Below are positions 12,601 through 25,531 of a DNA stretch of 64,000 nt, one piece after another; the first letter of the stretch is position 1, and every line of letters starts with the position of its first letter. Location of the stretch: contig NIVC01002635.1 of assembly GCA_002269645.1 (NCBI GenBank), forward strand, positions 90,264-154,263, given 5' to 3'. Made by a program: the position numbers and the translations under genes. The notes under the pieces were generated by a model. It worked only from the letters and a program-made list of their open reading frames with translations. It did no database searches and had not been told where the DNA came from. The DNA comes from Macrostomum lignano (Eukaryota).

Positions 12601-15600
12601 GGGCAGCTGATGGCTGGAGATGAGAGTCAGGTGAGCAGATGAGGATAATTGGCTACTCAGGGTCTGGTGGGGCAGCTGATGGCTGGAGATGAGAGTCAGG
12701 TGAGCAGATGAGGATAATTGGCTACTCAGGGTCTGGTGGGGCAGCTGATGGCTGGAGATGAGAGTCAGGTGAGCAGATGAGGATAATTGGCTACTCAGGG
12801 TCTGGTGGGGCAGCTGATGGCTGGAGATGAGAGTCAGGTGAGCAGATGAGGATAATTGGCTACTCAGGGTCTGGTGGGGCAGCTGATGGCTGGAGATGAG
12901 AGTCAGGTGAGCAGATGAGGATAATTGGCTACTCAGGGTCTGGTGGGGCAGCTGATGGCTGGAGATGAGAGTCAGGTGAGCAGATGAGGATAATTGGCTA
13001 CTCAGGGTCTGGTGGGGCAGCTGATGGCTGGAGATGAGAGTCAGGTGAGCAGATGAGGATAATTGGCTACTCAGGGTCTGGTGGGGCAGCTGATGGCTGG
13101 AGATGAGAGTCAGGTGAGCAGATGAGGATAATTGGCTACTCAGGGTCTGGTGGGGCAGCTGATGGCTGGAGATGAGAGTCAGGTGAGCAGATGAGGATAA
13201 TTGGCTACTCAGGGTCTGGTGGGGCAGCTGATGGCTGGAGATGAGAGTCAGGTGAGCAGATGAGGATAATTGGCTACTCAGGGTCTGGTGGGGCAGCTGA
13301 TGGCTGGAGATGAGAGTCAGGTGAGCAGATGAGGATAATTGGCTACTCAGGGTCTGGTGGGGCAGCTGATGGGCGGAGATGAGGATAATTGGCTACTCAG
13401 GGTCTGGTGGGGCAGCTGATGGCTGGAGATGAGAGTCAGGTGAGCAGATGAGGATAATTGGCTACTCAGGGTCTGGTGGGGCAGCTGATGGGCGGAGATG
13501 AGGATAATTGGCTACTCAGGGTCTGGTGGGGCAGCTGATGGCTGGAGATGAGAGTCAGGTGAGCAGATGAGGATAATTGGCTACTCAGGGTCTGGTGGGG
13601 CAGCTGATGGCTGGAGATGAGAGTCAGGTGAGCAGATGAGGATAATTGGCTACTCAGGGTCTGGTGGGGCAGCTGATGGCTGGAGATGAGAGTCAGGTGA
13701 GCAGATGAGGATAATTGGCTACTCAGGGTCTGGTGGGGCAGCTGATGGCTGGAGATGAGAGTCAGGTGAGCAGATGAGGATAATTGGCTACTCAGGGTCT
13801 GGTGGGGCAGCTGATGGCTGGAGATGAGAGTCAGGTGAGCAGATGAGGATAATTGGCTACTCAGGGTCTGGTGGGGCAGCTGATGGCTGGAGATGAGAGT
13901 CAGGTGAGCAGATGAGGATAATTGGCTACTCAGGGTCTGGTGGGGCAGCTGATGGCTGGAGATGAGAGTCAGGTGAGCAGATGAGGATAATTGGCTACTC
14001 AGGGTCTGGTGGGGCAGCTGATGGAGTCGAGAGATGAGGATAATTGGCTACTCAGGGTCTGGTGGGGCAGCTGATGGCTGGAGATGAGAGTCAGGTGAGC
14101 AGATGAGGATAATTGGCTACTCAGGGTCTGGTGGGGCAGCTGATGGCTGGAGATGAGAGTCAGGTGAGCAGATGAGGATAATTGGCTACTCAGGGTCTGG
14201 TGGGGCAGCTGATGGCGGAGAGATGAGGATAATTGGCTACTCAGGGTCTGGTGGGGCAGCTGATGGCTGGAGATGAGAGTCAGGTGAGCAGATGAGGATA
14301 ATTGGCTACTCAGGGTCTGGTGGGGCAGCTGATGGCTGGAGATGAGAGTCAGGTGAGCAGATGAGGATAATTGGCTACTCAGGGTCTGGTGGGGCAGCTG
14401 ATGGCTGGAGATGAGAGTCAGGTGAGCAGATGAGGATAATTGGCTACTCAGGGTCTGGTGGGGCAGCTGATGGCTGGAGATGAGAGTCAGGTGAGCAGAT
14501 GAGGATAATTGGCTACTCAGGGTCTGGTGGGGCAGCTGATGGCTGGAGATGAGAGTCAGGTGAGCAGATGAGGATAATTGGCTACTCAGGGTCTGGTGGG
14601 GCAGCTGATGGCTGGAGATGAGAGTCAGGTGAGCAGATGAGGATAATTGGCTACTCAGGGTCTGGTGGGGCAGCTGATGGCTGGAGATGAGAGTCAGGTG
14701 AGCAGATGAGGATAATTGGCTACTCAGGGTCTGGTGGGGCAGCTGATGGCTGGAGATGAGAGTCAGGTGAGCAGATGAGGATAATTGGCTACTCAGGGTC
14801 TGGTGGGGCAGCTGATGGCTGGAGATGAGAGTCAGGTGAGCAGATGAGGATAATTGGCTACTCAGGGTCTGGTGGGGCAGCTGATGGCTGGAGATGAGAG
14901 TCAGGTGAGCAGATGAGGATAATTGGCTACTCAGGGTCTGGTGGGGCAGCTGATGGCTGGAGATGAGAGTCAGGTGAGCAGATGAGGATAATTGGCTACT
15001 CAGGGTCTGGTGGGGCAGCTGATGGCTGGAGATGAGAGTCAGGTGAGCAGATGAGGATAATTGGCTACTCAGGGTCTGGTGGGGCAGCTGATGGCTGGAG
15101 ATGAGAGTCAGGTGAGCAGATGAGGATAATTGGCTACTCAGGGTCTGGTGGGGCAGCTGATGGCTGGAGATGAGAGTCAGGTGAGCAGATGAGGATAATT
15201 GGCTACTCAGGGTCTGGTGGGGCAGCTGATGGCTGGAGATGAGAGTCAGGTGAGCAGATGAGGATAATTGGCTACTCAGGGTCTGGTGGGGCAGCTGATG
15301 GCTGGAGATGAGAGTCAGGTGAGCAGATGAGGATAATTGGCTACTCAGGGTCTGGTGGGGCAGCTGATGGCTGGAGATGAGAGTCAGGTGAGCAGATGAG
15401 GATAATTGGCTACTCAGGGTCTGGTGGGGCAGCTGATGGCTGGAGATGAGAGTCAGGTGAGCAGATGAGGATAATTGGCTACTCAGGGTCTGGTGGGGCA
15501 GCTGATGGCTGGAGATGAGAGTCAGGTGAGCAGATGAGGATAATTGGCTACTCAGGGTCTGGTGGGGCAGCTGATGGCTGGAGATGAGAGTCAGGTGAGC

Positions 15601-18600
15601 AGATGAGGATAATTGGCTACTCAGGGTCTGGTGGGGCAGCTGATGGCTGGAGATGAGAGTCAGGTGAGCAGATGAGGATAATTGGCTACTCAGGGTCTGG
15701 TGGGGCAGCTGATGGCTGGAGATGAGAGTCAGGTGAGCAGATGAGGATAATTGGCTACTCAGGGTCTGGTGGGGCAGCTGATGGCTGGAGATGAGAGTCA
15801 GGTGAGCAGATGAGGATAATTGGCTACTCAGGGTCTGGTGGGGCAGCTGATGGCTGGAGATGAGAGTCAGGTGAGCAGATGAGGATAATTGGCTACTCAG
15901 GGTCTGGTGGGGCAGCTGATGGCTGGAGATGAGAGTCAGGTGAGCAGATGAGGATAATTGGCTACTCAGGGTCTGGTGGGGCAGCTGATGGCTGGAGATG
16001 AGAGTCAGGTGAGCAGATGAGGATAATTGGCTACTCAGGGTCTGGTGGGGCAGCTGATGGCTGGAGATGAGAGTCAGGTGAGCAGATGAGGATAATTGGC
16101 TACTCAGGGTCTGGTGGGGCAGCTGATGGCTGGAGATGAGAGTCAGGTGAGCAGATGAGGATAATTGGCTACTCAGGGTCTGGTGGGGCAGCTGATGGCT
16201 GGAGATGAGAGTCAGGTGAGCAGATGAGGATAATTGGCTACTCAGGGTCTGGTGGGGCAGCTGATGGCTGGAGATGAGAGTCAGGTGAGCAGATGAGGAT
16301 AATTGGCTACTCAGGGTCTGGTGGGGCAGCTGATGGCTGGAGATGAGAGTCAGGTGAGCAGATGAGGATAATTGGCTACTCAGGGTCTGGTGGGGCAGCT
16401 GATGGCTGGAGATGAGAGTCAGGTGAGCAGATGAGGATAATTGGCTACTCAGGGTCTGGTGGGGCAGCTGATGGCTGGAGATGAGAGTCAGGTGAGCAGA
16501 TGAGGATAATTGGCTACTCAGGGTCTGGTGGGGCAGCTGATGGCTGGAGATGAGAGTCAGGTGAGCAGATGAGGATAATTGGCTACTCAGGGTCTGGTGG
16601 GGCAGCTGATGGCTGGAGATGAGAGTCAGGTGAGCAGATGAGGATAATTGGCTACTCAGGGTCTGGTGGGGCAGCTGATGGCTGGAGATGAGAGTCAGGT
16701 GAGCAGATGAGGATAATTGGCTACTCAGGGTCTGGTGGGGCAGCTGATGGCTGGAGATGAGAGTCAGGTGAGCAGATGAGGATAATTGGCTACTCAGGGT
16801 CTGGTGGGGCAGCTGATGGCTGGAGATGAGAGTCAGGTGAGCAGATGAGGATAATTGGCTACTCAGGGTCTGGTGGGGCAGCTGATGGCTGGAGATGAGA
16901 GTCAGGTGAGCAGATGAGGATAATTGGCTACTCAGGGTCTGGTGGGGCAGCTGATGGCTGGAGATGAGAGTCAGGTGAGCAGATGAGGATAATTGGCTAC
17001 TCAGGGTCTGGTGGGGCAGCTGATGGCTGGAGATGAGAGTCAGGTGAGCAGATGAGGATAATTGGCTACTCAGGGTCTGGTGGGGCAGCTGATGAGAGTC
17101 AGGTGAGAGATGAGGATAATTGGCTACTCAGGGTCTGGTGGGGCAGCTGATGGCTGGAGATGAGAGTCAGGTGAGCAGATGAGGATAATTGGCTACTCAG
17201 GGTCTGGTGGGGCAGCTGATGGCTGGAGATGAGAGTCAGGTGAGCAGATGAGGATAATTGGCTACTCAGGGTCTGGTGGGGCAGCTGATGGCTGGAGATG
17301 AGAGTGAGGATAATTGGCTACTCAGGGTCTGGTGGGGCAGCTGATGGCTGGAGATGAGAGTCAGGTGAGCAGATGAGGATAATTGGCTACTCAGGGTCTG
17401 GTGGGGCAGCTGATGGCTGGAGATGAGAGTCAGGTGAGCAGATGAGGATAATTGGCTACTCAGGGTCTGGTGGGGCAGCTGATGGCTGGAGATGAGAGTC
17501 AGGTGAGCAGATGAGGATAATTGGCTACTCAGGGTCTGGTGGGGCAGCTGATGGCTGGAGATGAGAGTCAGGTGAGCAGATGAGGATAATTGGCTACTCA
17601 GGGTCTGGTGGGGCAGCTGATGGCTGGAGATGAGAGTCAGGTGAGCAGATGAGGATAATTGGCTACTCAGGGTCTGGTGGGGCAGCTGATGGCTGGAGAT
17701 GAGAGTCAGGTGAGCAGATGAGGATAATTGGCTACTCAGGGTCTGGTGGGGCAGCTGATGGCTGGAGATGAGAGTCAGGTGAGCAGATGAGGATAATTGG
17801 CTACTCAGGGTCTGGTGGGGCAGCTGATGGCTGGAGATGAGAGTCAGGTGAGCAGATGAGGATAATTGGCTACTCAGGGTCTGGTGGGGCAGCTGATGGC
17901 TGGAGATGAGAGTCAGGTGAGCAGATGAGGATAATTGGCTACTCAGGGTCTGGTGGGGCAGCTGATGGCTGGAGATGAGAGTCAGGTGAGCAGATGAGGA
18001 TAATTGGCTACTCAGGGTCTGGTGGGGCAGCTGATGGCTGGAGATGAGAGTCAGGTGAGCAGATGAGGATAATTGGCTACTCAGGGTCTGGTGGGGCAGC
18101 TGATGGCTGGAGATGAGAGTCAGGTGAGCAGATGAGGATAATTGGCTACTCAGGGTCTGGTGGGGCAGCTGATGGCTGGAGATGAGAGTCAGGTGAGCAG
18201 ATGAGGATAATTGGCTACTCAGGGTCTGGTGGGGCAGCTGATGGCTGGAGATGAGAGTCAGGTGAGCAGATGAGGATAATTGGCTACTCAGGGTCTGGTG
18301 GGGCAGCTGATGGCTGGAGATGAGAGTCAGGTGAGCAGATGAGGATAATTGGCTACTCAGGGTCTGGTGGGGCAGCTGATGGCTGGAGATGAGAGTCAGG
18401 TGAGCAGATGAGGATAATTGGCTACTCAGGGTCTGGTGGGGCAGCTGATGGCTGGAGATGAGAGTCAGGTGAGCAGATGAGGATAATTGGCTACTCAGGG
18501 TCTGGTGGGGCAGCTGATGGCTGGAGATGAGAGTCAGGTGAGCAGATGAGGATAATTGGCTACTCAGGGTCTGGTGGGGCAGCTGATGGCTGGAGATGAG

Positions 18601-21600
18601 AGTCAGGTGAGCAGATGAGGATAATTGGCTACTCAGGGTCTGGTGGGGCAGCTGATGGCTGAGATGAGGATAATTGGCTACTCAGGGTCTGGTGGGGCAG
18701 CTGATGGCTGGAGATGAGAGTCAGGTGAGCAGATGAGGATAATTGGCTACTCAGGGTCTGGTGGGGCAGCTGATGGCTGGAGATGAGAGTCAGGTGAGCA
18801 GATGAGGATAATTGGCTACTCAGGGTCTGGTGGGGCAGCTGATGGCTGGAGATGAGAGTCAGGTGAGCAGATGAGGATAATTGGCTACTCAGGGTCTGGT
18901 GGGGCAGCTGATGGCTGGAGATGAGAGTCAGGTGAGCAGATGAGGATAATTGGCTACTCAGGGTCTGGTGGGGCAGCTGATGGCTGGAGATGAGAGTCAG
19001 GTGAGCAGATGAGGATAATTGGCTACTCAGGGTCTGGTGGGGCAGCTGATGGCTGGAGATGAGAGTCAGGTGAGCAGATGAGGATAATTGGCTACTCAGG
19101 GTCTGGTGGGGCAGCTGATGGCTGGAGATGAGAGTCAGGTGAGCAGATGAGGATAATTGGCTACTCAGGGTCTGGTGGGGCAGCTGATGGCTGGAGATGA
19201 GAGTCAGGTGAGCAGATGAGGATAATTGGCTACTCAGGGTCTGGTGGGGCAGCTGATGGCTGGAGATGAGAGTCAGGTGAGCAGATGAGGATAATTGGCT
19301 ACTCAGGGTCTGGTGGGGCAGCTGATGGCTGGAGATGAGAGTCAGGTGAGCAGATGAGGATAATTGGCTACTCAGGGTCTGGTGGGGCAGCTGATGGCTG
19401 GAGATGAGAGTCAGGTGAGCAGATGAGGATAATTGGCTACTCAGGGTCTGGTGGGGCAGCTGATGAGAGTCAGGAGCAGATGAGGATAATTGGCTACTCA
19501 GGGTCTGGTGGGGCAGCTGATGGCTGGAGATGAGAGTCAGGTGAGCAGATGAGGATAATTGGCTACTCAGGGTCTGGTGGGGCAGCTGATGGCGGAGATG
19601 AGGATAATTGGCTACTCAGGGTCTGGTGGGGCAGCTGATGGCTGGAGATGAGAGTCAGGTGAGCAGATGAGGATAATTGGCTACTCAGGGTCTGGTGGGG
19701 CAGCTGATGGCTGGAGATGAGAGTCAGGTGAGCAGATGAGGATAATTGGCTACTCAGGGTCTGGTGGGGCAGCTGATGGCTGGAGATGAGAGTCAGGTGA
19801 GCAGATGAGGATAATTGGCTACTCAGGGTCTGGTGGGGCAGCTGATGGCTGGAGATGAGAGTCAGGTGAGCAGATGAGGATAATTGGCTACTCAGGGTCT
19901 GGTGGGGCAGCTGATGGCTGGAGATGAGAGTCAGGTGAGCAGATGAGGATAATTGGCTACTCAGGGTCTGGTGGGGCAGCTGATGGCTGGAGATGAGAGT
20001 CAGGTGAGCAGATGAGGATAATTGGCTACTCAGGGTCTGGTGGGGCAGCTGATGGCTGGAGATGAGAGTCAGGTGAGCAGATGAGGATAATTGGCTACTC
20101 AGGGTCTGGTGGGGCAGCTGATGGCGGAGATGAGGATAATTGGCTACTCAGGGTCTGGTGGGGCAGCTGATGGCTGGAGATGAGAGTCAGGTGAGCAGAT
20201 GAGGATAATTGGCTACTCAGGGTCTGGTGGGGCAGCTGATGGCTGGAGATGAGAGTCAGGTGAGCAGATGAGGATAATTGGCTACTCAGGGTCTGGTGGG
20301 GCAGCTGATGGCAGGAGATGAGGATAATTGGCTACTCAGGGTCTGGTGGGGCAGCTGATGGCTGGAGATGAGAGTCAGGTGAGCAGATGAGGATAATTGG
20401 CTACTCAGGGTCTGGTGGGGCAGCTGATGGCTGGAGATGAGAGTCAGGTGAGCAGATGAGGATAATTGGCTACTCAGGGTCTGGTGGGGCAGCTGATGGC
20501 TGGAGATGAGAGTCAGGTGAGCAGATGAGGATAATTGGCTACTCAGGGTCTGGTGGGGCAGCTGATGGCTGGAGATGAGAGTCAGGTGAGCAGATGAGGA
20601 TAATTGGCTACTCAGGGTCTGGTGGGGCAGCTGATGGCTGGAGATGAGAGTCAGGTGAGCAGATGAGGATAATTGGCTACTCAGGGTCTGGTGGGGCAGC
20701 TGATGGCTGGAGATGAGAGTCAGGTGAGCAGATGAGGATAATTGGCTACTCAGGGTCTGGTGGGGCAGCTGATGGCTGGAGATGAGAGTCAGGTGAGCAG
20801 ATGAGGATAATTGGCTACTCAGGGTCTGGTGGGGCAGCTGATGGCTGGAGATGAGAGTCAGGTGAGCAGATGAGGATAATTGGCTACTCAGGGTCTGGTG
20901 GGGCAGCTGATGGCTGGAGATGAGAGTCAGGTGAGCAGATGAGGATAATTGGCTACTCAGGGTCTGGTGGGGCAGCTGATGGCTGGAGATGAGAGTCAGG
21001 TGAGCAGATGAGGATAATTGGCTACTCAGGGTCTGGTGGGGCAGCTGATGGCTGGAGATGAGAGTCAGGTGAGCAGATGAGGATAATTGGCTACTCAGGG
21101 TCTGGTGGGGCAGCTGATGGCTGGAGATGAGAGTCAGGTGAGCAGATGAGGATAATTGGCTACTCAGGGTCTGGTGGGGCAGCTGATGGCTGGAGATGAG
21201 AGTCAGGTGAGCAGATGAGGATAATTGGCTACTCAGGGTCTGGTGGGGCAGCTGATGGCTGGAGATGAGAGTCAGGTGAGCAGATGAGGATAATTGGCTA
21301 CTCAGGGTCTGGTGGGGCAGCTGATGGCTGGAGATGAGAGTCAGGTGAGCAGATGAGGATAATTGGCTACTCAGGGTCTGGTGGGGCAGCTGATGGCTGG
21401 AGATGAGAGTCAGGTGAGCAGATGAGGATAATTGGCTACTCAGGGTCTGGTGGGGCAGCTGATGGCTGGAGATGAGAGTCAGGTGAGCAGATGAGGATAA
21501 TTGGCTACTCAGGGTCTGGTGGGGCAGCTGATGGCTGGAGATGAGAGTCAGGTGAGCAGATGAGGATAATTGGCTACTCAGGGTCTGGTGGGGCAGCTGA

Positions 21601-23797
21601 TGGCTGGAGATGAGAGTCAGGTGAGCAGATGAGGATAATTGGCTACTCAGGGTCTGGTGGGGCAGCTGATGGCTGGAGATGAGAGTCAGGTGAGCAGATG
21701 AGGATAATTGGCTACTCAGGGTCTGGTGGGGCAGCTGATGGCTGGAGATGAGAGTCAGGTGAGCAGATGAGGATAATTGGCTACTCAGGGTCTGGTGGGG
21801 CAGCTGATGGCTGGAGATGAGAGTCAGGTGAGCAGATGAGGATAATTGGCTACTCAGGGTCTGGTGGGGCAGCTGATGGCGGAGATGAGGATAATTGGCT
21901 ACTCAGGGTCTGGTGGGGCAGCTGATGGCTGGAGATGAGAGTCAGGTGAGCAGATGAGGATAATTGGCTACTCAGGGTCTGGTGGGGCAGCTGATGGCTG
22001 GAGATGAGAGTCAGGTGAGCAGATGAGGATAATTGGCTACTCAGGGTCTGGTGGGGCAGCTGATGGCTGGAGATGAGAGTCAGGTGAGCAGATGAGGATA
22101 ATTGGCTACTCAGGGTCTGGTGGGGCAGCTGATGGCTGGAGATGAGAGTCAGGTGAGCAGATGAGGATAATTGGCTACTCAGGGTCTGGTGGGGCAGCTG
22201 ATGGCTGGAGATGAGAGTCAGGTGAGCAGATGAGGATAATTGGCTACTCAGGGTCTGGTGGGGCAGCTGATGGCTGGAGATGAGAGTCAGGTGAGCAGAT
22301 GAGGATAATTGGCTACTCAGGGTCTGGTGGGGCAGCTGATGGCTGGAGATGAGAGTCAGGTGAGCAGATGAGGATAATTGGCTACTCAGGGTCTGGTGGG
22401 GCAGCTGATGGGCGGAGATGAGGATAATTGGCTACTCAGGGTCTGGTGGGGCAGCTGATGGCTGGAGATGAGAGTCAGGTGAGCAGATGAGGATAATTGG
22501 CTACTCAGGGTCTGGTGGGGCAGCTGATGGCTGGAGATGAGAGTCAGGTGAGCAGATGAGGATAATTGGCTACTCAGGGTCTGGTGGGGCAGCTGATGGC
22601 TGGAGATGAGAGTCAGGTGAGCAGATGAGGATAATTGGCTACTCAGGGTCTGGTGGGGCAGCTGATGGCTGGAGATGAGAGTCAGGTGAGCAGATGAGGA
22701 TAATTGGCTACTCAGGGTCTGGTGGGGCAGCTGATGGCTGGAGATGAGAGTCAGGTGAGCAGATGAGGATAATTGGCTACTCAGGGTCTGGTGGGGCAGC
22801 TGATGGCTGGAGATGAGAGTCAGGTGAGCAGATGAGGATAATTGGCTACTCAGGGTCTGGTGGGGCAGCTGATGGCTGGAGATGAGAGTCAGGTGAGCAG
22901 ATGAGGATAATTGGCTACTCAGGGTCTGGTGGGGCAGCTGATGGCTGGAGATGAGAGTCAGGTGAGCAGATGAGGATAATTGGCTACTCAGGGTCTGGTG
23001 GGGCAGCTGATGGCTGGAGATGAGAGTCAGGTGAGCAGATGAGGATAATTGGCTACTCAGGGTCTGGTGGGGCAGCTGATGGCTGGAGATGAGAGTCAGG
23101 TGAGCAGATGAGGATAATTGGCTACTCAGGGTCTGGTGGGGCAGCTGATGGCTGGAGATGAGAGTCAGGTGAGCAGATGAGGATAATTGGCTACTCAGGG
23201 TCTGGTGGGGCAGCTGATGGCTGGAGATGAGAGTCAGGTGAGCAGATGAGGATAATTGGCTACTCAGGGTCTGGTGGGGCAGCTGATGGCTGGAGATGAG
23301 AGTCAGGTGAGCAGATGAGGATAATTGGCTACTCAGGGTCTGGTGGGGCAGCTGATGGCTGGAGATGAGAGTCAGGTGAGCAGATGAGGATAATTGGCTA
23401 CTCAGGGTCTGGTGGGGCAGCTGATGGCTGGAGATGAGAGTCAGGTGAGCAGATGAGGATAATTGGCTACTCAGGGTCTGGTGGGGCAGCTGATGGCTGG
23501 AGATGAGAGTCAGGTGAGCAGATGAGGATAATTGGCTACTCAGGGTCTGGTGGGGCAGCTGATGGCTGGAGATGAGTCAGGTGAGCAGATGAGGATAATT
23601 GGCTACTCAGGGTCTGGTGGGGCAGCTGATGGCTGGAGATGAGAGTCAGGTGAGCAGATGAGGATAATTGGCTACTCAGGGTCTGGTGGGGCAGCTGATG
23701 GCTGGAGATGAGAGTCAGGTGAGCAGATGAGGATAATTGGCTACTCAGGGTCTGGTGGGGCAGCTGATGGCTGGAGATGAGAGTCAGGTGAGCAGAG
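6601..23797. repeat. Large satellite array, 69-bp unit, about 250 copies, with scattered ~50-bp deletion variants
   Basis: Unit GATAATTGGCTACTCAGGGTCTGGTGGGGCAGCTGATGGCTGGAGATGAGAGTCAGGTGAGCAGATGAG; period confirmed (9441 to 9510); long stretches look identical. Confidence 0.99.
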
Positions 23798-24126
23798 GAT
23801 AACCAAAAGGTTTAGAAACTGGAGGCAAAGAGATGGAAGAATGCCGCAATTATTTTATGGCACTTTCAACTGTAGCCATGACAATTTTAATCGAGAAAGA
23901 AGAAAGAAGCTGCTTTCTTGTGCGTCATGCTGTGACTCAATTTCATTCGTCGTTTGGCCCTTTAAACTTGCATTCTCACAGCACAATCCCGTGCGCAAAA
24001 AAGCAACTCAAATGAACGCAGAAAGATTCGGACTGCACTGCTCAGTTCGAAATTCTCCGAGCTGCACTTGCGCATTGAGTAAACTGCATTGCTGCACTCT
24101 TGTGAACGCTCAGGAGGGTATATTGA

Positions 24127-24488
24127 AGAGGAGAGGAGAGGAGAGGAGAGGAGAGGAGAGGAGAGGAGAGGAGAGGAGAGGAGAGGAGAGGAGAGGAGAG
24201 GAGAGGAGAGGAGAGGAGAGGAGAGGAGAGGAGAGAGGAGAGGAGAGGAGAGGAGAGGAGAGGAGAGGAGAGGAGAGGAGAGGAGAGGAGAGGAGAGGAG
24301 AGGAGAGGAGAGGAGAGGAGAGGAGAGGAGAGGAGAGGAGAGGAGAGGAGAGGAGAGAGAGAGGAGAGGAGAGGAGAGGAGAGGAGAGGAGAGGAGAGGA
24401 GAGGAGAGGAGAGGAGAGGAGAGGAGAGGAGAGGAGAGGAGAGGAGAGGAGAGGAGAGGAGAGGAGAGGAGAGGAGAGGAGAGGAGAG
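24127..24488. repeat. (GAGGA)n pentanucleotide microsatellite
   Basis: Direct reading. Confidence 0.98.
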
Positions 24489-25158
24489 AAAATGAATAAC
24501 CTACAAAAATTAAAGCAAAAATATTTTCTCATCAAACTTCAAATGAAATTTCTTTCCAGTTAGAATTTCGTTAGCCCTGGAGTGAGCTTGAGTTGTTTTA
24601 TATTTAGACCACTGCAGCTGCCACAGCTGCACACTAGAAAGAGAACTTCAGTTTTGCCTGCAAAATCTGCGAGCACCTCGAACGCACACCTGGCAGGTGC
24701 GCACCGCACTTTAAAGCTAAAACAGAGGAAATTTGTAAAACTGGACATGCAAGCAACTGGGGCTTGACGCAATAACCAATGACAGTCGCTCCTAAGCTAT
24801 CATTTTGACAGACTGCGTCTCCACAGTGCCCAGTGTCTAGAAAAAGATATTGGCTGAGTTGGACATTGTGTCGAAGCTCAAGGGATCTAACAAAAAGATT
24901 TCGGAGAGTTGTAAACATCAATGGCTTATATGCTCGGGCAGTGAGCACGCTAAAGGGGCTGCACTCAGCAGTACTTGCTGCTGGACCACAAGAGGGTTGG
25001 GGCAGCAAAGAGGAGCATTGTGCTCTCGCATATGTTATTTAACAAAAACTCTAAGCGGAAACAGAGTTTACAATTGTATGAGCCTGAATACTTGATGATC
25101 GATTTATTGAATAATTATTTATTTGCATTTGATAAAATCATAAAATGGCTTCGGATGC

Positions 25159-25320
25159 TGGGTAATGATGCAACGCATTGGGATTTGGGCTGATACGCAT
25201 GGGATATTGGGTAATGATGCAACGCATTGGGATTTGGGCTGATACGCATGGGATATTGGGTAATGATGCAATGCATTGGGATTTGGGCTGATACGCATGG
25301 GATATTGGGTAATGGTGCAA
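25159..25320. repeat. 49-bp tandem repeat, about 3.3 copies
   Basis: TGGGTAATGATGCAACGCATTGGGATTTGGGCTGATACGCATGGGATAT repeated at 25159, 25208 and 25257. Confidence 0.93.
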
Positions 25321-25531
25321 GACCTTTAAGCAGTTAATTACTCGTTTTTTTCATATTTTATACATACTGAACTTATGTTGCAGGTTAAAACAATTAGAGG
25401 GCAGGTTAAAAAACCCTGATAAACTGATACCACAAAATAAGCTTGGCATCATACAAAAACGTTGCAAGTTTCCAGTTTGGGGAGCAACTATGCGAACTCT
25501 TATTTAGTCAGATTTTGTCAATAACTCTGTG

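Noticed and set aside
6601-23797. CRISPR array (also considered for the 34-, 40-, 42- and 45-bp arrays)
   Set aside because: Units are head-to-tail with no unique spacers, there are no cas genes, and the context is eukaryotic.
23833-24563. ERRGE / LLSSP repeat ORFs
   Set aside because: Translations of a (GAGGA)n microsatellite.
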